64,000 bases of DNA, from NCBI GenBank assembly GCA_002633005.1, contig NMRA01000738.1:62001-126000 (forward strand), in the 5' to 3' direction. Shown here in pieces: positions 54,833-64,000 of this stretch. Each line of letters starts with the position of its first letter. Within the stretch, counting starts at the first letter, position 1. The notes beneath the pieces are model-generated. The model was given only the letters and a program-made list of their open reading frames with translations, had not been told where the DNA came from and searched no databases. A program made the position numbers and the translations under genes. The stretch comes from Phoronis australis. Lineage: Eukaryota > Animalia > Phoronida.

Positions 54833-55256
54833 TAGTCGTGTTTAGACATCAACTTTTGGCCCGGCGCAACTGACACGGAGCAAATTGACCCGTGTCAAGC
54901 GGCCGTTTTCACACACAACTCACTAATCGTGGCGAGACGGAAATTAAAGGCTGGAGAGACTGGATCGCACATGCGCAGGTTTACAAATGACGAGAGTTGC
55001 AGAGACAAAAAACCCGTTCGTAGGTCATTGCACATCTGCAGTAGAGATGATCTTTTCCGCCTTACTCCAGTTTCGCGTTTAGACTTATAATTGACACGGC
55101 GCAAGATGTTCAGGCGCAAATTACTCTACCTCACAAACGGGTGGCAAAAATTTGTCAGCGCGGTGTCAATTTGTGCGTGTCAGTCCGTTTACACACTGGA
55201 ACAACTTGTTCCCTATCAGCTGATCTGTGTCAACTTAGTAAGTGTAAACAGGCACT
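54833..55256. mobile_element. PIF/Harbinger-like MITE
   Basis: Ends agtcgtgtttagac / gtgtaaacaggcact. Inner inverted repeat ctgacacggagcaaattgac / gtcaatttgtgcgtgtcag. Repeated gtttacac-like motifs, CpG-rich. Confidence 0.6.
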
Positions 55257-56356
55257 TTTTGCATTGGAAAATTCTGGAGGCACTCCTGGGATATCTTTAG
55301 GGAGTGTATCTGCATCATTGTCAGGTTAACATTTTCAGTAGTGAAATGTTGTCATTAAGTCGGAGCAACCACAATTGTTGCAGCTATGCCTGCCATTGTT
55401 TTGAACTATAATGCACACTGTATTAAAACTTTAACTCAACCACAGTGCTGAGCTGCTGATCATAGCAACAATGTCACTGATATGGGATTTAGCCTGTTAT
55501 GAAAATACAGATACCAACTGGATTTGTGCATTTTGTTAACTCTTTAGACCATTTCTAATCAGGGCCATTGAGGTAACAGAGGTAGTCACTCATGTGAAAG
55601 TGCAACACCCCCACCCCCCAAAAAAAACAAACCCTCCAAACTAGTGCACCTTGAGGCCCCCTGTGTCAATGATCACCTTTTTCTCAAACAATTTGTCAGC
55701 ACACACTGTCTGATCTGGCTGAAGTCAAATTTTACATCCTAAAATGCAAATTGTGAATCAGATTACATTCACACAAGTTATTTGTGATGTCACCAGAGGC
55801 GACATCCTTCCCACAATGCAACATTAAAAACATAATAAAAAAATGGTTGACAGCAGCGCTTTAGATGAAATCCTCTCCCAATTTCCTGACTAAAATGGTG
55901 GTTCTCTATTATCCATGGGTTTGTAATGGGGACTGACTCACTGACTTGGCTGGCTAAGGAAAATAAACATGATTTTTATGTTTTAATAATGATGTAGTGA
56001 GATTTGATGAATGGCTCAATATGTGGGGGGTCCCAGACTACTGTCTGCAGTGAGTGATGGGTGTGGTAACCATTCTGTAGTTTGAGACATGATGTGCTGG
56101 ACAGGTGAAACTTACCATAGTTTTATGTAAAAGGGAAGTCTCACTTGAAAATCCTGAACAAAAAGTCTTTTCACAAAATTTTGTTTTGTTTTTTGTTAGT
56201 ATGATTTTGTCGTTGGCGAACACTATTTTTAGCATTGGTAGCGATGTATGAGCAAGTCTACAAAAATAAAAAGAAACAATTATATATATATATTATAGTT
56301 GTCTCCTAGTGAAGATTTTTACCCTATATAACACCATTGTCATAGGCTACATTTGG

Positions 56357-56568
56357 GCAGTAAAATTTCATGAATTTGGGATGTAGAATGGCAGATATAT
56401 GGGAACTTTTATTTTCTCATTTCCCGTGTTCAAGTTCTGTATCATAGCTAACTGTCCGTCAGTATTATAGAAAAATTTCAGTGTTCTCAACATTTTTCGA
56501 AAACCTTGAAAAATTAAAAAGGCAATTTTGGCTATAATTCTTCCCAGAAATTGGTGAAATTTATTGTA
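56357..56568. mobile_element. MITE family A copy
   Basis: cagtaaaatttcatgaatttgggatgtagaatggcaga ... cccagaaattggtgaaatttattgta. Confidence 0.6.
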
Positions 56569-58302
56569 TTCAACATGGGAATTGTGACCGGTGGTAATAA
56601 ACTTGTGTTAAAACTGCAAGGTGCAAATTTGAATGTAAATGTTCTCAGGCCAGTACGCTCTTAAGTTTCAGTCTCAAGTAATCAATGTGATGTGGAGAGG
56701 TGGCAGGGCTGCCAAAACCAGGCAGTCCAGATAATTTGCCCTAAATCCCCCTTGAGTCCGATCTCTTATTGTTAAAAGTGCAAGTGTGTCCGTGAAGTTA
56801 ATCTAGTCTTGTCAAAAAAAAATTCAAACTACTGGTAACTTAGAACTAGCAATTTCTTTAAGAGTCCATCACTCACAAAGGTTGCTATATGGATGTCAGT
56901 GGGTATCAGATGATGAAGTAGCTCTTTTGCTCTGTTGGTGGTCCCAATAAACACTTGATCATGTGTGAGTGAGCAACAGAGGTCGCTACTTTCCAGAGTT
57001 AAAAGGACTCGTCTAAATTTAGCTAAGTTCGGAACATCGGATTCATAGTCCACTTCCACATACTAAGTTAATGCACTGTTCTGTAACATTCTGTTAGGAT
57101 TTGTTTTTAAAATTTTCCACTTATGTATGAGGGGCTACAAAAATGGGAAATTCATTATTTTCATGAAGAAGTTGAATAAAATGAATTCAAAATGACAATT
57201 TTTATTTCTGCAATAGCAAAACATTTAGATTAAGCCAAATTTGGTCTTGTTATTGATACCATTGATTTGGTACCAATGTGCCTTTTTGCTAAATTTGTTA
57301 AAAATACATGGTCACTTCACCCAATTAATGGCAAAAATCGAATTATGCAGTCTTTCAACTTCCAGAAAATGTATAATTTTACAGAGTCAAAATCTGTGTT
57401 TTGAAAATACTTGACTAAATACACAGACTGGTCATCAATATTATCACAAGTCAGTCTTGCCTAACCTGTAGTCAGCACAGAGTGTGTAGGGAAATACCAA
57501 AACTGCTTAGAAAGCTAATAAGTTGCACATACTAGAATAACAATTAGGTGCCAATTATTAAAGATGATGACTTTGCACATGGCAGCACAGCCACAGGGAC
57601 AGACATGTCTTCCCATGGGCTTTTGTGTAGTGCATAATAAACATGGATGTTAAAAGCTCATACTTGTGTTATGGAATTGTGGGCTGTTAAGTACTACAAC
57701 ATAATTTAGGCTTTATGGGACTAAAGATTTACACCATTGCGAATATAGGATGTTTTGAGGAATTATAAGTAATTTTAGCAACTTTGGTCAATTGAAAAAC
57801 AACATTCATTCATTCGAGCTGTTTATGCTCACACAAAAGGCAAATAGCCCTGGTTTGCAAGTTGCGCTAAAGCTGTTTCGTATTTTAACTTTGCATAGTA
57901 AAACCTTACATTTTCTAGATTAACACTGAAGTTGAACTAGAAATTATTGTTAAGTTTGGGTTATCGTGGGAAGTATTTGTATGAAATCTGAGGAACAGAT
58001 CTGACTCCCGTATCGCAGTATATGCCAAAGGCCTTTTCATGCTAACTGAACTCTGGTATGAGTGGAGCCTCGATGTGAACTGCGAAGTTAAGTGAATCGC
58101 TCATACCAGCTTCGGTAGTCAACGGTGTCAAGCTAAAGGGTAGGTGATGCTGTCATCACCGAACTAATCGCAAGGTTGCGCTGATACATCCCGTGCGTGC
58201 TACAATTTTTTTAAAGTGACAATTTTGAGAACATTTACGTGTGCTAATTAACATAAAGCTTTTTCTAATTCGATTAGTGATTATTCGAGCAAAATGTAAT
58301 CA

Positions 58303-58512
58303 ACTGAAGCTTAGTCAAATATAATTTAAAAAAACAACTTTGGATTTTCAGAATGATTTTATTTTTCTTCAGTGAAAAAAATAATTTTGACTGTTTTTTT
58401 ACATTTTTTTATATCCTAACCTTTAATTCTTGATGCATAGTATACTGAAGAAAAATAAAATCATTCTGAAAATCCAAAGTCGTTTTTTAGCTATATTTGA
58501 CCAAGCCTCAGT
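58303..58512. repeat. Long inverted repeat (foldback / MITE)
   Basis: Arms about 58303-58373 and 58444-58512 with a perfect 37-bp core actttggattttcagaatgattttatttttcttcagt and a 70-bp AT-rich spacer. Confidence 0.92.
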
Positions 58513-60368
58513 AAGTCATATGGCTTGAGTGTTCACCAGCTCAGTGACTGACAACTTGGGCGGAGCTTATAAAGGAGACTAGCTCTAATCTAACCCTGTC
58601 AACAAACATTGCATAACCGGGCAATCCAGAGTGCTGTACCAGCTGATATTGATGTTGTAGCAAGACCACGAATAAAATAATTCTATTTTTGACCATGTGA
58701 AAGTTGGTAGTGAAGTGGTGAACTAGCTCCTGTTCTGAGCCTGAGCCTGTTTATCTATCTGCAAAAAATTAAGTTGAGTTCGCCAAGTCCTACCGAAGCC
58801 ATCACTGCACTCAGCTTGAGGAGTCAGTGCAGAAATTGTGCGTGTATAAGAGAAGTTGGTAAAGTGAGGTGTCTTGGGAGAGGACGCTGAGCGTCGACCT
58901 GGGTGGTGTTGCACGTGCCGTGGAGAAACTAGGCTGCCAAACCCAGGGGATTTTTAAACTTGCAACTGGCTGTAACCCAAAGAATTAGAGAAACGACCCA
59001 GTGTTCAACATAACAAAAAATTTTTCTAGTGCATAGATTCAAACATATCCCTGAATTAAAACTAATGATATTATACGATTTTAGAGGAAAGCAATATAAG
59101 AAACTTTGGTAATTTGAGAATCTCACTCAAGTGACGCTATTTGTGCAGAAAGTGATATTTTCTTATCCCGAAGTCCATTTGGTACAGGCACGTAAAAATG
59201 TTGAACCATTACTATGAAAGTAGTTTTTTATCCTCGTCGCCAATATTGTTATGTAGATAGTAACGCTGCGATTTGATATAACACATATATTGGTTGATAA
59301 TGCAATACTAACAAATAGGTCTGTGTAATATAGTTAGAGAGTCTTTTACTACACTGAGTGGAGAGTTCAGATGAATCCTATAAACAATCAACACATGGTT
59401 TTAATGTATGGTCCAGCACACCAGTACAGCAGGCAATAGATCAATGCTAAGGTCCGCCCATGTGACAGCCATATTTGTTTTGGTCGTCTGTCGTGCTTCA
59501 CAAGTTCGAAAAAATGATTAAAATTACGCTGTAAACAAACAGGTATGTCACATTTTCTAAACATGAAGTAAATATCGGCTTTATTTCTAGTATTTTAACA
59601 AAAATTGGAACATATTGACCAAACGTTCTGAACGAAATTTTCAAGTGGCAATCGATGACCGCTTAACTTCAAAGCCGTTTTTCTCGGCTCATGATTTCAG
59701 GATAGTGACAAGATTCTCGGGCCTATTTCTCCACATCATGTGGGTCAACTTTTACGAAATTTGCAAATTTGAAATTCTCTAGGACTGAAGTAAAATCGCG
59801 TGCCAGGCTTTTTTGATACATGGACCTGATTTTTAGTTATTAGACGGAATATGACCAAATAACAAAATGTGGCGTGCTTGCCCCAACTCACGCGCAGAAA
59901 ATGCCGCAAAATCAAGATCATAATGATTTTGTACATATATTTGGTATGGATAAGTAGAATATTGTGTAAGGAAACAGTTGATGATAATCCCTGTGCATTT
60001 TGAAAAAAAAATTGAAGTAAAATTGGATTTTTGAAAATTTAAAAGTTGTGATTTTTAAAAAAAAACGAACTACAAAAAAACTTTTTTTTCGATTTTTGTC
60101 ACTTGCAGAGTCATGTCTAACTAGTTAAAACTTCTTTATTACTCATTTTAGTTAGGAACCTGGAGATTTGACCAATTTATACACCTAACTTAACTCTGAG
60201 CAGAAGTTGTACTATGTATCTGTTTTCAGACAGTATCTTCCAGTTAACACTCATTGGGAATATCGTTCAGTTTATCACCCATTCTATAAATGCCCTGTAT
60301 ATTAACACAAATGGTTGGGCTTTAAAAGTAACTCCAACGTAAATATACTATTTTGTTGTATTTTTCAG

Positions 60369-60489
60369 TTAATTGTCGCGTTCCACTGGGTATGCAAGTC
60401 CGTAACGGGGAGCCACCGCAGATACCTGACAGTGCTTTAACAGCCAGCTCATCTCACAATGTCGCTAGTGTGGGACCAGCTAATGGAAG
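60369..60489 (+). CDS. DDR: Discoidin domain receptor, internal coding exon A (start of DS domain)
   Basis: Acceptor tttttcag| and donor AG|gtaaat. 121 nt, phase 1 in, phase 2 out. Encodes xNCRVPLGMQVRNGEPPQIPDSALTASSSHNVASVGPANG(R), matching the DDR motif C-x-x-x-LGM...IPD..I/LTASS. Absent from the ORF track. Confidence 0.93.
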
Positions 60490-60820
60490 GTAAATGACAC
60501 TGCCACCTGGGGGTGGAATGTGTGACCTTTAGTAACTTTGGGTATTGAGGATCTTAAATTTGCCTCGAACTCTTCGTACTTTTTGTGATTGTGTTATGAA
60601 AATTATAGTTACTAATTCAAGATACTGAGTTGCAGTTGTCCTACACACAATCAATCTACAGGTCACGCCATCTAGTGATGCCTTACAACATGCAATTGTA
60701 TTTTGTTACCATTGATAAGAATGGCCAAGTATTCTCATTTGTATTGACTGTTTCACCTTTGACCCCCTTGTGCTAATCGAGACAGAATAATACTATAGGT
60801 GGCACCACTGGTCCTTTCAG

Positions 60821-60962
60821 GTTACAGTGGGAGGGTAATGGAGGTGCCTGGTGCCCTAAGTGGCCCATTAATGCCACTCATAAGGAGTACTTACAGATAG
60901 ACCTCGGTAAACTGACTGTGATCACCTATGTGGAGACACAGGGTCGGTTTGGTAAGGGAAAG
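60821..60962 (+). CDS. DDR: Discoidin domain receptor, coding exon B (DS domain)
   Basis: Acceptor tcctttcag| and donor AAG|gtaagc. 142 nt, completes AG|G (Arg) from exon A. Encodes LQWEGNGGAWCPKWPINATHKEYLQIDLGKLTVITYVETQGRFGKGK with the hallmark GGAWCP, EYLQIDL and TQGRF motifs. Confidence 0.96.
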
Positions 60963-62039
60963 GTAAGCAACCTAGGAATATATTTGTTTCATTTTTCATT
61001 TAGTTACTTGTAGTTTAGTGCTATTTGGTCCTGTGCTCAAGTTTTTCGCATGCCGTGTCATTCCGCGTAGCACATACGTGATTCATAATGTTCATTGCAA
61101 TATGAAAAAAAACAAGTTGACCATGCCATGAAATGAGGAAATATTGTCCTGCCTTATGTACCTGAGAGGTGTGAGAGTAGGATGAGGATAACTAACAATA
61201 TCTAAGGACTCACTTATTTTATAGAATTTTATAGATTTTTTTCTTAAAAAAAGTCGCATATAAATTTGAAAAACTTTTTTGATTTTTTTGTCAGCATCTT
61301 ACACAGATGGCTAGGAACAGTGCCATCAGCTTGCACTACTATGCACAGGTTATTAATAATAAAGGTGTGATTTTCAATGGAATTGTATTCGTATTGCATT
61401 GGGATTAGTACCCAATTTGAATATCGATGTGCTAAGACCAATTTTGATTCCATTCATACTTGAAATTGTTGCCATTTGATGTTTTATCAAATCACGGCTT
61501 ATTTGTATTTCCTGTAGAGTATTGAAGCAGTAAAATGTTCTCGATTATTCATTTATTGGAATCTCGTTATAGTTAACATTTTTGTTACCAAAATTGCTGT
61601 GAGTGATAACTTATTTACATTTGAGAAACAATGAATGAATTTGACAATCAAGAATCCAGTTGAAAATGATGGATTTTCTCCAAAAAGAGTCGAATCGATT
61701 CAAATTCCTAAAAATGCATATCGTCCCACCTTCTGTTTAAACCAATTGGAAGTTACTTCATGGGACAGCGTCTAATCCTAAAACCTTCGGATTTATTTTC
61801 AAAGACACCTTACAAAAGTCTGCACAACTGGTAACCTGAAAAATGCCTCTGGTGAGTTTGTAGACTAAGGAAAGGTCATACTTCTCACACCACTATCCAC
61901 TTAATGACACAATAAGAAGTACTTTTGGCCAAATGTTGCTTTTATCTCTGGATGTGCAGATTAAATAACCAAAAATGTGTTCAGTGACCTTCTTGCACAT
62001 TTTTCTGCCTTTGTACATTGTCACCTGCTTACTTCACAG

Positions 62040-62129
62040 GGTCGTGAATTTGTGCGAGAGTATACGTTGGAGTACCAAAGGGAGGAGGGAGGACCATGGA
62101 TGCGGTTCAAAAATAGACGCTCACAATCT
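62040..62129 (+). CDS. DDR: Discoidin domain receptor, coding exon C (DS domain)
   Basis: Pyrimidine tract ...cttacttcacag| and donor TCT|gtaagt. 90 nt, phase 0/0. Encodes GREFVREYTLEYQREEGGPWMRFKNRRSQS, in frame with exons B and D. Confidence 0.95.
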
Positions 62130-62872
62130 GTAAGTCTACGCTGTACCATTCCATGCTAGTTTAAAATTGATTTATTTTGAGATGTTGCCATTTGTGAAAC
62201 TCTGACGTCGCTCATTGCTCAGCTTAAAGTTTTGTCCACAATTAGCCAACTTCAGAACATTTTGTCTTAGAAATGACTGATCGGATTAATTTGAAGTTGG
62301 AGTGTTGTGTCTCAGAAATGGCTGATCGAATTCGAATCAAATCTTCAGTTTTTGTACTTAAGGTGCAATTCTCCAAAGTGCTGTAAGGAATTGTCAAAAT
62401 TTTTTACTTTGGCTTGAGAGGCTATGAAAAATTAGGGCTTTCAAGATTGTTGTTTTGGTTCAAACAAAATTGAAAGAATGACTTATTACATGTTTTTGAA
62501 TTTTTATTCTTAACAACTGTCATGTAGAAACAAAATTCTGTCATGTTATTGATACTGCGAATGTGTCTTGCTTTTTGCTAAATTTTACTAAAAATGTGAA
62601 CAAATTAATGGGACAAGAATATTTAGTTGGAAATTCAAAATTCTCTTTGCAACAGTAAAACCTCTGTTGTATTGCTTCTGTATACTTGTCGGCCATAATA
62701 ATGTGAATGTCTGAGATCTGTTATACTCTCCGAGAGGTGACAATGGTTTTCCTCTTGTTTGTCTAGTTTGGATTGTCTACTGACAATGTAACATGTAAGC
62801 CCCTTGCTATTCCGTGGATCTGCTGTTATTCATTGCAGACTTTCATTGTTATCTGTTTCAATGCCTTTCCAG

Positions 62873-63548
62873 ATCTTTAAGGGCAACGACAACACATACA
62901 TTCCCGAGATGCGGGCAGTGACGCCCCCTATCATCACGCGCAAGATCCGTTTTGTGCCATACAGTAAGGTGAATGTAATTGTCTGCCTCAGGGTCGAAGT
63001 TTATGGCTGTACGTGGGATGACGGGCTGGTCTCCTACACCATGCCCCAGGGGGAGCAACGTGGCTCTGATGTATTCCTACGCGATTACACCTACGATCAG
63101 CCTGAAGGCGATGATGGGATGCTGAGAAATGGATTGGGTCAGCTGACGGATGGAGAGGAAGGCAATAACAACTTTAGACTGGACCCGACCAACCTTGGGA
63201 AAAAGGGATATGAATGGGTTGGCTGGAGAAACGACAGCCACTCGCGCAAGCCCATTGAGATTGTGTTCAAGTTTGATGCTGTGCGTGAATTTCAGGAGGT
63301 TCAGATTCACTGTAATAATGCGTTCAAGCGGGACGTTCGCGTGTTCCGTGGAGCGAAGTTTTACTTCAGTGTAGGTGGCAGGTATTATCAGAAGGTGCCG
63401 GTGGAATATTTCTACATGCGAGATGATGTCATGGAATTTGCACGAACCGTTGTCATTAAACTGGAGAAGAAGGTCGGCCGCTACGTGAAGATGATTCTCA
63501 CCTTTGAAGCCAGGTGGATCATGATTAGTGAAGTGCAGTTTAATTCAG
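62873..63548 (+). CDS. DDR: Discoidin domain receptor, coding exon D (end of DS domain plus whole DS-like domain); gene continues beyond the window
   Basis: Acceptor cctttccag| and donor TCAG|gtgagt. 676 nt, phase 0 in, phase 1 out. IFKGN...VCLRVEVYGC.W.DGLVSY..PQG...GLGQLTDG...GYEWVGW...FKFD..REF..VQIHCNN...WIMISEVQF are diagnostic DDR motifs. Confidence 0.97.
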
Positions 63549-64000
63549 GTGAGTGAACGGGTCATTCAGGCTATCTACCAATAAATGTTACTGTTGGAGA
63601 CGAAGAATGGAAGTGATTTTGGGTTCCAAAAATGTTGGATTCTTTCTCACACCTGTATGTAGCAAATGAGCTTTTGTCACAAAGCATGGGCCACTTTTAT
63701 GTACGGTTGCCGTTGAAAATCATTCCTTGCCTTTAAACTTATATCCTGGCAATATCAGCATACTTCTGTAGCATACTGTGGGTTTCGGAACCCAATTTGA
63801 AGTGACGGCCTCAGTCTGATTGCACCAAGCCCTGTGACAACTGTTTGGTGGTGTTTTAGTTGCTTAGTATTGATTACCAACCGATTGTTTTGCTTCCTTA
63901 GTGGAACAAGTTTTTGAAAATTTCTCGACTCTTTTTGTTAAATCTTCAGCTATCTTCAGCTTCCTTCTGAATGGTTGCTCATTGAAGCATGAATAAGAAT

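Larger units (their letters stand above)
1..60368 (+). other. Long non-coding region, probably 5' intron(s) of the DDR gene
   Basis: Exon A starts at an acceptor in phase 1, so an upstream coding exon must exist. No other recognisable coding sequence on either strand, and the region is repeat-rich. Confidence 0.6.

Noticed and set aside
1182-59936. Remaining 60-125 aa ORFs as genes or transposase / reverse transcriptase fragments
   Set aside because: No recognisable domains or catalytic motifs, many use non-ATG starts, and lengths are as expected by chance. Highly decayed TE coding fragments cannot be excluded without a search.
62804-62872. N-terminal 23 codons of the 250-aa ORF, which look like a signal peptide
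   Set aside because: Intronic read-through from a TTG upstream of the cctttccag acceptor. DDR homology starts at IFKGN and continues from exon C.
62858-63374. Short ORFs overlapping DDR exon D in other frames or strand
   Set aside because: Shadow ORFs of a GC-richer coding exon with no recognisable motifs.

Overview
AT-rich eukaryotic (animal, most likely invertebrate) genomic DNA, not prokaryotic. The only supportable protein-coding sequence is four + strand GT-AG exons at the 3' end (60369-60489, 60821-60962, 62040-62129, 62873-63548). They splice in frame into the extracellular discoidin (DS) and DS-like domains of a discoidin domain receptor (DDR) tyrosine kinase. The juxtamembrane, transmembrane and kinase exons lie beyond the window, and the signal-peptide exon could not be identified with confidence. 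The first ~60 kb is non-coding, probably very long 5' intron(s) of this gene. It holds a high-copy family of short degenerate MITE-like elements, several other non-autonomous DNA-transposon remnants, minisatellites, microsatellites and a perfect palindrome. Almost all other ORFs in the supplied track look spurious. The best leads are candidate recursive-splice (AG|GT) sites spaced through the long intron, the divergent collagen-binding and glycosylation residues of this DDR, and the MITE family. I found no convincing wholly new system. All comparisons with vertebrate DDRs are from recall, and repeat boundaries were read by eye.
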